DNA from: Candidatus Eiseniibacteriota bacterium
GTDB lineage: Bacteria > Eisenbacteria > RBG-16-71-46 > CAVPCR01
NCBI GenBank assembly: GCA_963823555.1
Contig: CAWGMA010000003.1
Coordinates: 96,001 to 160,000 of the forward strand
Reading direction: 5' to 3'
Length of the DNA: 64,000 bases
The notes under the pieces are model-generated. The model made no database searches and was not told the DNA's origin. It saw only the letters and a list, made by a program, of their open reading frames with translations. Positions within the stretch are counted from its first letter, which is position 1. Each line of letters starts with the position of its first letter. The position numbers and the translations under genes are program-made. Shown here piece after piece: positions 20,172-30,535 of this stretch.

Positions 20172-21037
20172 GTCGTCATTTTACCACCTTTCCTGCCGGC
20201 AATCGTCATCGCGCGCCGGCGCTGGCGCATGACACGAGCGGCGCCGCCGCGGAGGACAGCGCGCGGGACGAGGTGCGTGAGCGCCACGAACAGGCGGTTC
20301 AGGACCCCAGCCGGCCTGAGCGCGGATCCGCGCCTGAGGGCCCGGATGCCTTCCGCCGCCACCGCTTCCGCCGTCATCCAGTCCGCACCACGGTTGCGCA
20401 TCGCCGCCGGATCGTATCCCGCAGCGGCAAAGAACTCGGTGTCGGTGCGGCCGGGGCAGAGGCAGACCATGTGCACGCCATGCTCTGCGACCTCGGCGTG
20501 AACGGCCTCGGAGAAGCTGACCACGAAGGCCTTGGTGGCGGCATAGGTTGCCGAGTACGGCAAGGGAACGAACGCCGCGGTGGAGGCGACCTGGAGGATG
20601 GCGCCCGAGCCCCGCGCGATCATGTCGGGCAGGGCCAGCCGCGTCAGGCGCACCAGGGCGTCGATGTTGAGGCGCAGCATCTCCGTGATCCGATCCGGAT
20701 CGGACTCGCCGAAGGCCCCCACGTGGCCGAAGCCCGCGTTGTTGACGAGAATGTCGATCGGCCGCTGGGCGGCGGCGCTCGCGGCGGCGAACACCTGCTC
20801 GGGCCCGCCGCTCGCGGCGAGGTCGCCGGGGACGATCCTCGGCGCCGGATGGCCGCCAGCTGTGATCTCCCGCGCCAGCGCCTCGAGCCGATCGGCGCGG
20901 CGCGCGGTGATGACCAGCGAGACGCCCTCGCGGGCGAGCGCCAGGGCGATCGCGCGGCCGATGCCGCTCGAGGCGCCAGTCACCAGGGCGGTCCGCCCGC
21001 TGAGCTCGAAGATGGACACGGTCGCGCAGTCTACCAT
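20168..21037 (-). CDS. Short-chain dehydrogenase/reductase (DltE-like)
   Basis: TGASSGIG, LVNNAGFG, YAATK catalytic motif. Confidence 0.92.
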   Translation of the reverse strand: MVDCATVSIFELSGRTALVTGASSGIGRAIALALAREGVSLVITARRADRLEALAREITAGGHPAPRIVPGDLAASGGPEQVFAAASAAAQRPIDILVNNAGFGHVGAFGESDPDRITEMLRLNIDALVRLTRLALPDMIARGSGAILQVASTAAFVPLPYSATYAATKAFVVSFSEAVHAEVAEHGVHMVCLCPGRTDTEFFAAAGYDPAAMRNRGADWMTAEAVAAEGIRALRRGSALRPAGVLNRLFVALTHLVPRAVLRGGAARVMRQRRRAMTIAGRKGGKMTT

Positions 21038-21114
21038 CCGCCTGCCTGGACTTGTGCCGGGGGACGTGGAATGATCGACCGGTCCGTTTTGGCACGAGCG
21101 AAGGAGGAGATCAG

Positions 21115-22446
21115 GTGACGACGCGCCCGGCGGATGCGGGAGAGCCCGCTCCGATCTACGACATCCCCCCCGAAGGCCCCACCCCGGCGCTATGGGAGGA
21201 AATGAAGCACTTCCTCCAGTTCGGCGCGGAGGATGCCGAGCGGCTCCGCGCCGCTCAGGGCCGCTATGCCGATCAGATCGATGCCATCGTCGATCGCTTC
21301 TATGACCATCTCCAGGCCCATGGGCCCACCCGCGATCTCCTCTCGCGAGCCGACGTGGGCGGGCGTCTCAAGGAGCTCCAGCGAGGCTACCTGCAGTCGC
21401 TCGGCGCCGGGGACTACGGCGAGGAGTACCTGAAGGACCGCCTCCGTATCGGCACCACCCACGAGCGCATCGGGCTCGCCCCGCGCTGGTACCTGGGTTC
21501 CTACTGGCTGTACCTGCGCGACATGATCCCGAGCCTCATGCCATGCGCCACGAGCGAGGAGCAGCAGGTGATGCTCGCGCTCCACAAGATCATTCTCCTC
21601 GACATGATCCTCGTGACCGAGTCGTACATCAGTCGCACCCTGGCGCTCGTCCGCGACCAGAATGAAAGGCTCGAGCAGATCGTGAGCGAGCGCACCCGTC
21701 AGCTCTCGAAGTGGGAGCGGCTGGCGGCTGTCGGCAGCATGGCGGCCAAGGTGGCGCACGAGATCCGCAATCCGCTGAGCTCGATCTCCCTCAATACCGA
21801 GCTCCTGAACGATGAGCTCGTCTCCTATCATGGCGTCGATACCGCCGAGGGAGTCGATCTGCTGCGCGCCATCGCGGGCGAGATCGACCGTCTGAGCCGC
21901 ATCGTCGAGGAGTACCTGCAGTTCGCCCGCATGCCGCGACTTGATCTGGAGCAGGTGAACCTGCGCGAGCTCGCCGAGCAAGTGCTCAAGTTCCTGGCGC
22001 CCGAGTTCGAGCGCTCCCGTGTCGAGAGTGAGATCGACGCCGTCGACCACGGGCCGATCGTCTACCTCGATCGGAGCCAGTTCCGCCAGGTCCTGCTCAA
22101 TCTCCTGCGCAACTCGCAGGAAGCGATGCCGAAGGGCGGCAAGGTCACGATCGAGCTCCGCGAGGGCGAGGACGGGGCCATCGAGGTCCTGGTGGTCGAC
22201 ACCGGCGTCGGGATCGAGCCGGAGCAAACGCAGAAGGTCTTCGACCCCTTCTACTCGACGAAGGACACGGGCACCGGGCTCGGTCTCGCGTTCGTACAGC
22301 AGGTCGTGCTGGAGCATGGCGGCGAGGTGAAGTGCACCGGGCAGCCGGGCCGGGGCGCCACCTTCCGCATCGTGCTGCCAGAGCGTTTGCGGGTGCGGCT
22401 GAGAGTGTCGAGCGCCGCGCGGGGTGCCGAACCCTCAGCCTCGTGA
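21115..22446 (+). CDS. Globin-coupled sensor histidine kinase
   Basis: N-terminal sensor globin (IVDRFYDHL...RLRIGTTHERIGLAPRWY); H-box VAHEIRNPL, NLLRNS, DTGVGI, PFYSTK, GTGLGL. GTG 21115 follows AAGGAGG. Confidence 0.92.
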   Translation: MTTRPADAGEPAPIYDIPPEGPTPALWEEMKHFLQFGAEDAERLRAAQGRYADQIDAIVDRFYDHLQAHGPTRDLLSRADVGGRLKELQRGYLQSLGAGDYGEEYLKDRLRIGTTHERIGLAPRWYLGSYWLYLRDMIPSLMPCATSEEQQVMLALHKIILLDMILVTESYISRTLALVRDQNERLEQIVSERTRQLSKWERLAAVGSMAAKVAHEIRNPLSSISLNTELLNDELVSYHGVDTAEGVDLLRAIAGEIDRLSRIVEEYLQFARMPRLDLEQVNLRELAEQVLKFLAPEFERSRVESEIDAVDHGPIVYLDRSQFRQVLLNLLRNSQEAMPKGGKVTIELREGEDGAIEVLVVDTGVGIEPEQTQKVFDPFYSTKDTGTGLGLAFVQQVVLEHGGEVKCTGQPGRGATFRIVLPERLRVRLRVSSAARGAEPSAS

Positions 22447-22472
22447 CCCCGGCTGCGGAGAATGCCTCGTCC

Positions 22473-23315
22473 ATGCAGGACTACCTCGCTCGTGAGTTCG
22501 ATTCCGGGGACCCGACCCTGGTCTCCGTGTTCGATGAGGTGTCGCTGTGGGCTGCCCGCTTCGGCCTCCTGCTCCTCGAGGAGATTCCCCTGCTCCCCGG
22601 CCTTCGCGTTCTCGATGTCGGCTGCGGCAACGGGTTCCCACTCTTCGAGCTGGCCCACATGCTCGGCCCGTCATCGAGCTTGTTCGGTGTCGACATCTCC
22701 CCGCCGGCGCTCGCGCGGGCGGCGCTCAAGCGGCGCACCTACGAGCTGGAGAACGTCACTCTGGTCCGGGCCGATGGCGCCGCCCTGCCCTTGCCGTCCG
22801 GGCAGTTCGATCTCGTGGTTTCGAACGTCGGAGTCAACAACTTCCGGGATGCGCCGGCTGTCCTCGGGGAGTGCGCACGGGTGGGCCGGCCCGAGGCGCG
22901 GATCGCGTTGACCACGAACATGCGGGGTCACATGCGGGAGTTCTACGAGGTCTTCCGCAGCGTGCTCGCCGAGCGCGGCCGGGATGGCGCGCTCGATCGG
23001 CTCGCTCAGGAGGAGAACCGCCGCGGGACCCGGGACGCGCTGTGCGCTCTCATCGAGGCCTCGGGGTTTCGCGTGACGCGGGTCATCGAGGAGGAGTTCC
23101 GGTTACGGTATCTGGACGGAGGAGCGTTCCTGCGCCATGCCCTGACCCGCTGCGGGTTCCTCGATGCCTGGCGGAAGGTGCTGGATCCGGGAGACGACGA
23201 GTCGGTCTTCGCCGAGATCGAGGCCCGGCTCGATGCCCTGGCGCGCACCCAGGGCGGGCTCGCCCTCACGGTGCCCATGCTCTACATCGAGGGTCGCCGG
23301 CGCGGAACGAGCTGA
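22473..23315 (+). CDS. Class I SAM-dependent methyltransferase
   Basis: VLDVGCGNG, FGVDIS, FDLVVSNVGVNNF. Confidence 0.85.
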   Translation: MQDYLAREFDSGDPTLVSVFDEVSLWAARFGLLLLEEIPLLPGLRVLDVGCGNGFPLFELAHMLGPSSSLFGVDISPPALARAALKRRTYELENVTLVRADGAALPLPSGQFDLVVSNVGVNNFRDAPAVLGECARVGRPEARIALTTNMRGHMREFYEVFRSVLAERGRDGALDRLAQEENRRGTRDALCALIEASGFRVTRVIEEEFRLRYLDGGAFLRHALTRCGFLDAWRKVLDPGDDESVFAEIEARLDALARTQGGLALTVPMLYIEGRRRGTS

Positions 23316-23327
23316 TCGGAGTGTCGA

Positions 23328-24857
<1,530 letters not shown>

Positions 24858-24924
24858 ATCACACCTCGCAGGCTGGAAATCGCTTCACCGTGGGCTGGCG
24901 GGGCTCAGACCTTGCACTTTAGTC

Positions 24925-24939
24925 GCACGAGCCGTGCCA
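24925..24939 (-). promoter_or_regulatory. Sigma54 -24/-12 promoter of the response regulator
   Basis: Minus strand TGGCACGGCTCGTGC (GG-N10-GC). Confidence 0.7.
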
Positions 24940-25025
24940 GCACGGGAGCCCCGTTCAGTGCATTTAACGCTATGCAAAATAATGACTTAATGGATTTTGG
25001 GGCGGCGCAGCGACCCGCGGGGAGT

Positions 25026-25066
25026 CGACAAAGTGTCGCACGACCCGCCCCGTCGGACAAGATGAC
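25026..25066. promoter_or_regulatory. Paired enhancer-like palindromes
   Basis: CGACA-AAG-TGTCG (25026-25038) and GACA-AGA-TGAC (25056-25066). Confidence 0.6.
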
Positions 25067-25127
25067 AGGGCGGGCCGGGATGCGGCGCCGGGCGAGGGGG
25101 TCTTGAGGATCGAGCTCTGGGAGGGCG

Positions 25128-26330
25128 CTATCTCCCGACGACGTGGAAGTCCTGGACGGAAGCCGACTGCACGTCGCCCTCACCGACCAGACGTGTGGCC
25201 CGCCGGGACTGCTCGGGATTCTTCTTGTCCTCGAAGGGGTAGAGGCGGGTGAAGATCAGGTCCGCGGTGACCTTGGTGCGCTCGTCTCCCTCGAAGGTCG
25301 AAAGCAAGAACTCGAGTGGCGAATCCGGCGGCAGCGGATTGAGGATGATCGCACTCCCATCGAGGAACTTGAGCACACGGTGATCCCGGCTGCGGGTGAC
25401 CTGGCCAGTCACGGAGATGCGCTGGTCGGCCAGTGGCTTCAGCACCTCCTCGTCGTCGTATGGCAGTGCCTTGACCGCGATGAAGCCGGAGGGCGGAGGA
25501 TATTCGGCGCGCGCAGGAGCCGTGGGGACCGGTGGAAACTTGCCGAGCAGGCTGACGTCTCCCGACCACGAGATGACCTCGTGACCGACCGTCATCTTCT
25601 TCACAACGACACCCGATGTATCCGCTCGCACGGTGAGCGTGAGAGGCGCGCGTGCTTCCTCGGCGCGCGCGGCATGGGCACGCATGTCGCCACCGTTCTC
25701 GATCAGCAGGAAGGAACCGTCGGCGAGAATGGCCCGGCGCTCATCCACGAAGCGAATCTCCGGCAACGCGACGTGCAGCTGGCGAGAGTGATCGGGGAAG
25801 AAGAGCCAGGACAGGAATGCCTGCTGCACAGGCGGTGTTCCGGCCTGGAGGAACATCTCCTCCACGGTGGCGGAGCGCTCGTGCGGCGCAAAGTGCTGCC
25901 ACGAGGTCCAGGCGCTCGCGGCCGCGAGCAGGAGAAGGAAGACGATGAGAATGATGGTGGGAGTGCTCGTGCGCTCGACCACGAATTCCTCGTCACGCAG
26001 ATCAGCCTCCGTGAGCTGCGGCAGCAGATCGGCGCCGCGCCCCACGGGGAGATGGAACCGGTGCACCATCTCAGCGACTTTCGGCAATTGGTCACGCTGG
26101 ATGAGAGCATGGAACTCCGGCACCGCGCCGCGAGGATCGCGCATGTAGAACTGGCCGACCTTGAGTGGCCTCTTCTCGCCCTCGAGGGGAGCCGGGATCT
26201 CCTTCAACTGGAGGTGGTCGCCGATCACGTGGCCCTCATGCTCCGTGTCGAAGTGCTGGAGCACGAGATGAATCGCGTTCATCTGCTCCTCGATCGTCAG
26301 TTCCTTCTGGTGGGCATTTTCCACCGTCAT
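25128..26330 (-). CDS. Hypothetical membrane-anchored protein, 400 aa
   Basis: GAGGAGGAG RBS before ATG 26330; one strong TM helix (IILIVFLLLLAAASAW); no recognised domain. Confidence 0.75.
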   Translation of the reverse strand: MTVENAHQKELTIEEQMNAIHLVLQHFDTEHEGHVIGDHLQLKEIPAPLEGEKRPLKVGQFYMRDPRGAVPEFHALIQRDQLPKVAEMVHRFHLPVGRGADLLPQLTEADLRDEEFVVERTSTPTIILIVFLLLLAAASAWTSWQHFAPHERSATVEEMFLQAGTPPVQQAFLSWLFFPDHSRQLHVALPEIRFVDERRAILADGSFLLIENGGDMRAHAARAEEARAPLTLTVRADTSGVVVKKMTVGHEVISWSGDVSLLGKFPPVPTAPARAEYPPPSGFIAVKALPYDDEEVLKPLADQRISVTGQVTRSRDHRVLKFLDGSAIILNPLPPDSPLEFLLSTFEGDERTKVTADLIFTRLYPFEDKKNPEQSRRATRLVGEGDVQSASVQDFHVVGR

Positions 26331-26526
26331 CGCAACTCCTCCTCAAAGACGAGATCTCGTGGCATACAAGCTATGGTGGGGCGAGAACGAGCCCCGCGGC
26401 GCACGTGCACGCTTCGGCGCCGCCAATACTAATGCACGGACGGCCTGCCGGGGGGATCGGGAGCCCGGTGCTTGTGCTGGAAGGCGGATCGCCGGGGCGG
26501 GGGCCGGGACGAGCGCCAGGCCAGCT

Positions 26527-26717
26527 GACAGGGTGGCAGATACTTCTTGAAGGTCCGGGTCGAAATGGCGCAGAGGGCCCGGAGAGGGGGCATCTCGAAG
26601 GTTGCCCCGGAGCCCGACCGGACTCCTCGGCGCGCTTGCAAGTGATATATGGACAAGTGGTTATCCGATTTCTGCGCTGAGGACCGAAAGGGCGATCCGG
26701 CCTGGTACGGCTGCTGC
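26527..26717 (+). promoter_or_regulatory. Sigma54 promoter with upstream palindromes and AT-rich tract
   Basis: GACA-GGG-TGGC 26527-26537, GTCG-AAA-TGGC 26559-26569, AT-rich ~26638-26672, TGGTACGGCTGCTGC 26703-26717. Confidence 0.55.
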
Positions 26718-27107
26718 AAATTGCTTCACGCGGTCAGGGACACCGAACAATCGAAAGAGAGATCGGTGGTGTGGTGGATGGGATGGGTGGAGACCTCCTG
26801 ACGAGGTGCGCGAGGCCGGGGCTACCCGGAAGCGCGCACTCGAGCATCAGGGAGGAACCGGTACCCAAATGGGGATGGGTGCTGGGACCGCGTCGCTCGC
26901 TGACTCCCCGGCCCACCGGCCTCCGGGCGGAAGACCGCTCGTGATGGCGATCCGGACCTTCGGGTCCGGCCAGGCGCCGGGATGGGGACGGAAGCGGAGG
27001 CGCCGACCCGGAGGCTGGTTGCCCGGGGAGTTGGAAGCGACCCGTCGAGAGGGCGCCAGGGCTGGTCCCTGGCGCCCTCATACTTTCGCGAGGCGAGAAA
27101 GTCCGCC

Positions 27108-27584
27108 ATGGGTACCAAGCACGCCGATTCCGCAGCCGCTCCTGCGACTCGCGAGCCGCATCCGAGCTGGCTCGATCAGCCGCTCGGCGAGTTGATGATC
27201 AGGGATCCGGTCACGGTGAATGTGACCGACTCGCTGCGCACCGTGCAGTCGCGCATGAGCCAGACCGGTGCCGGGCATATCCCCGTGGTCGATCGCGGTC
27301 GTCCCGTGGGCCTCGTCACCGCACGCGACCTTGCCCGCAGTGTTCCCGTTCCGTTCACCGTGCTCAAGCGAGACGAAATGGAGCGACTTCTCGCCCTGCC
27401 GGTGGCCGAGGTGATGTCGACTCCCGTGGTTGCCTTGCCCACGACCGAGCGAGCGGGGAAGGCCGTCGCGCGCATGGTGGACGAGGGTGTCGGGGCGGTG
27501 CTCGTGGTCGATCCGACCACTGGTGTCCTGGTCGGTCTCATCACCCGATCCACGATCGTAAGTGTCGTCGCGCGGCAAGCCTAG
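27108..27584 (+). CDS. CBS-pair domain protein
   Basis: LGELMIRDPVTV...HIPVVDRGRPVGLVTARDL...VAEVMSTPVV...LVGLITRSTI. Confidence 0.88.
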   Translation: MGTKHADSAAAPATREPHPSWLDQPLGELMIRDPVTVNVTDSLRTVQSRMSQTGAGHIPVVDRGRPVGLVTARDLARSVPVPFTVLKRDEMERLLALPVAEVMSTPVVALPTTERAGKAVARMVDEGVGAVLVVDPTTGVLVGLITRSTIVSVVARQA

Positions 27585-27868
27585 CGCGGCCGGCCGGCAA
27601 GCACGATGCGGCTCCTGCCAGGGTGTCTCCGGGATTGCCTCGGCCACCTGCCAAGAAGTCCGGAAACGCCACCCCGCTCACCTTCTCGCGGCGGTGATTG
27701 GAAGCTGTAAGTGGAGGCAGCGTCCCCGGCTCCGCCCGCGGACGGACAAGCGGCATCCTTTCTGCAGTCCACTCGTTGTGGGGCGCCGCGCGCGGCCCTG
27801 AAAGCCTCCTTCCTTGGCTTCTGCGGGTTCACGCCGCGAACGTTCCCCGAGGAGGAGGTCTCGTTTCC

Positions 27869-28372
27869 ATGCGGATCGGAGTGCCGAGGGAGCGAGCCCC
27901 AGATGAGTGCCGCGTCGGGCTCACGCCCCATCAAGTCCGCCTCCTGGTCGAACACGACCATCGGGTCTACGTCGAGGCCGGGGCCGGCCACGGCGCGGGC
28001 TATGCGGATGAGAGCTATCGTGAAGCCGGTCGGCACATCGTCTACGACGAGGTGGAGGTGTGCAGCCGGTCCGAGCTCCTCGCAAAGATCGGGCCCCTCG
28101 AAACCGAGGAGATCGCTCTCCTCTCCGCCAACCAGATCGTCTTCGCCTTCCAGTCACTGCACACCCTGCCCGCTGTTGCTCGCGAAGGCATCCCGCCCTC
28201 GACCTTCGTGATCCTGGGATGCGGCGTGGCCGGGACGCAGGCGGTGCGCGCCGCCGCCGGTGACGCGGGACAAGGTGCGCGGGATGCGACCGATATGCGC
28301 AGCGCGATCCTTCGCCGCGAACAGCTTGCCGAATGGGTGAATGAGCTCCGGATGCAGTGGGCACCGCGGTAG
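27869..28372 (+). pseudogene. ald: Internally deleted alanine dehydrogenase-like remnant, 167 aa
   Basis: MRIGVPRE...ECRVGLTP...VEAGAGHGAGYADESYREAG N-terminus, then a jump to VILGCGVAG; roughly half the usual Ald length. Confidence 0.65.
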
Positions 28373-28387
28373 AGCAGGGGCAGGATC

Positions 28388-28936
28388 GTGAATCCCATCG
28401 ACACGGCCGATCGCCAAGCCAAGCGCCACGAGAGCGGGCCGCGGCAAGGGAGAAGACCCCGGCGCCGCAGCCGGGTCCTCGTGCTCGGCATCGGTAACGC
28501 GCTCCTGGGGGACGAGGGCTTCGGCTCGGCGGCCATCTCGCGACTCGAGAGCACCGGCCTGCCGCCAGCCGTCGAGCTCCGGGATGCCGGGACCTCGGCG
28601 ATCGATGTGCTGGCCGATATCGGGCGCTACAATCGCGTCATCGTGATCGATGCGGTGCGCATGTTGGGGCGGAAGAAGGGGACGGTGGTCGAGTTCGAGC
28701 TGGATCGGGCCGCGCTGAGCGCGGGCACCGTCTCGTTCTCGACCCACGAGTTCGAGCTCGGCGGCTTGATCTCGCTGGCAGCGGCACTCGGTCTCGAGTT
28801 GCCGCCGTTGCGGGTGATCGGGTTCGTGCCGGAGTCTGTTGGGCTGGGCCGTGGGCTGTCACCGGCGGCGGAGGCGGCTCTCGACGAGGTGGTCGCCCGT
28901 ATCCGATGCCTCCTGGGCGGCATCAAGAGTGGGTGA
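28388..28936 (+). CDS. Hydrogenase maturation protease
   Basis: VLGIGNALLGDEGFG, VIVIDAV, STHE, LSPAAEAAL. Confidence 0.9.
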   Translation: MNPIDTADRQAKRHESGPRQGRRPRRRSRVLVLGIGNALLGDEGFGSAAISRLESTGLPPAVELRDAGTSAIDVLADIGRYNRVIVIDAVRMLGRKKGTVVEFELDRAALSAGTVSFSTHEFELGGLISLAAALGLELPPLRVIGFVPESVGLGRGLSPAAEAALDEVVARIRCLLGGIKSG

Positions 28937-28944
28937 AAGCAGCG

Positions 28945-29409
28945 ATGACAACCGATACCACGATGATCAGGGATCTGCGCCGGTTCGAGCTCCTGTCCGA
29001 GCTCACCGATGCCGAGATCGAGAAGATCGCGGCGCTGACGCGGCGAGTCGACTACCAGTTCCGCGACCGGATCTTCGAAGAGAACGATTCGGCGCGGGAT
29101 CTCTACTTCCTCGAGAGCGGGCGAGTCGGCATCCAGATCGATCTCGGCAGCGGACGGTACATGGTCGTCGAGAGCATCTCCCCCGGGGAGTGCTTCGGCT
29201 GGGGGGCCCTGGTCGAGCCCTACCGCTACACGGCCTCCGCCGTCTGCATCGAGGACTCGGTGCTGCTCGCCACCGATGGCCGGGCCCTGCGTGAACTCAT
29301 GGTCAGCGATCCGCACCTGGGCTTCGTGATGATGAGCGGAGTCGCCCACATCGCCGCGCTCAGGCTCAAGGACACTCGTTTGCAGCTCATCAGCGTGGCT
29401 TACGGCTAA
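28945..29409 (+). CDS. Stand-alone cyclic-nucleotide-binding (Crp-like) domain protein
   Basis: IFEENDSARDLYFLESGRV...PGECFGWGAL...YTASAVC; no C-terminal HTH. Confidence 0.85.
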   Translation: MTTDTTMIRDLRRFELLSELTDAEIEKIAALTRRVDYQFRDRIFEENDSARDLYFLESGRVGIQIDLGSGRYMVVESISPGECFGWGALVEPYRYTASAVCIEDSVLLATDGRALRELMVSDPHLGFVMMSGVAHIAALRLKDTRLQLISVAYG

Positions 29410-29497
29410 GGGCGGGTCCGCGGGCGCGGCCGGTCCGCCGGGGTGCGCCACCCTGCTTCAGACCGAGACCGAACGCCCATGAAAGGGAGGTGAGCCG

Positions 29498-30520
29498 ATG
29501 GCACTAGCCAAGACCGATTGGATCTGGATGAACGGCGAATTCGTGCGCTGGGACGATGCCCACATACACGTCATGTCGCATGTCGTCCATTACGGATCGA
29601 GCGTCTTCGAGGGGATCCGCTGTTACCGGACGCCCAGGGGGCCGGCCGTATTCCGCCTCGGCGAACACGTCCGGCGCCTGTTCAACTCCTGTCGCATCTA
29701 CCGCATGGAACCGAACATCACTCCCGCCGAGGTGGAAGATGCCATCCGTGCTGTCATCGAGAAGAACGGTCTCGAGGAGTGCTATGTCCGGCCCGTGGTC
29801 TATCGCGGATACAAGGTGCTGGGTCTCGATCCCCGCGAGTGCCCGATCGACATCGCGGTCGGCGCCTGGCCCTGGGGCCGCTATCTGGGCGAAGGTTCGG
29901 AGACGGTCGGTGTCGACATCAAGGTGTCGTCCTGGCGGCGCTTCGCTCCCGACACGCTGCCCGCGATGGCGAAGGCAGGCGCCAACTACATGAGCTCGCA
30001 GCTCATCAAGATGGACGCGCTCGCCGATGGCTATGCCGAGGCCGTGGCGCTCGATGCCGAGGGCTTCGTGAGCGAGGGCAGCGGCGAGAACATCTTCATG
30101 GTCCTCGACGGCGTGCTCTATACGCCGCCCTGGGACTCTGCGCTCCTGATCGGCATCACCCGCGACACGGTGATGACGCTTGCTCGCGAGAAGGGCCTCC
30201 GCGTCGAGGAGCGTCGCATTCCGCGCGAGATGCTCTACGTGGCCGAGGAGATCTTCTTGACCGGCACGGCGGCCGAGATCACCCCGGTGCGCTCGATCGA
30301 TCACGTGCGCATCGGGTACACCGTGCCCGGGCCCATCACGCGCATGCTCGAACGCGGCTACGATGACGCCATTCACGGCCGGCTCGAGGATCACTGGGGC
30401 TGGCTGACCCTGGTGGGGAAGCCGGGTCCGGCCCGCGTCGAGCCGAAGCCCGCAGCCCAGGTCGAGAAGTCAGCGGGGTCGCCTGGGACGGCGAAGCGTT
30501 CCCCCGCCGGCGGCAGGTAG
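29498..30520 (+). CDS. ilvE: Branched-chain amino acid aminotransferase
   Basis: HYGSSVFEGIRCY, AKAGANY (PLP Lys), EGSGENIF, GITRDTV, TGTAAEITP. Confidence 0.96.
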   Translation: MALAKTDWIWMNGEFVRWDDAHIHVMSHVVHYGSSVFEGIRCYRTPRGPAVFRLGEHVRRLFNSCRIYRMEPNITPAEVEDAIRAVIEKNGLEECYVRPVVYRGYKVLGLDPRECPIDIAVGAWPWGRYLGEGSETVGVDIKVSSWRRFAPDTLPAMAKAGANYMSSQLIKMDALADGYAEAVALDAEGFVSEGSGENIFMVLDGVLYTPPWDSALLIGITRDTVMTLAREKGLRVEERRIPREMLYVAEEIFLTGTAAEITPVRSIDHVRIGYTVPGPITRMLERGYDDAIHGRLEDHWGWLTLVGKPGPARVEPKPAAQVEKSAGSPGTAKRSPAGGR

Positions 30521-30535
30521 GCCGCGGGCGAGCCG

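Noticed and set aside
21090..21104. TGGCACG sigma54 -24 element before the globin kinase
   Set aside because: No GC at -12 and it runs into the RBS, leaving no room for a leader.
26602..27195. ORF in the leader of the CBS gene (ATG ~26869 after GGAGG)
   Set aside because: Arg/Pro/Gly-rich low-information translation overlapping the CBS gene out of frame; unsupported.
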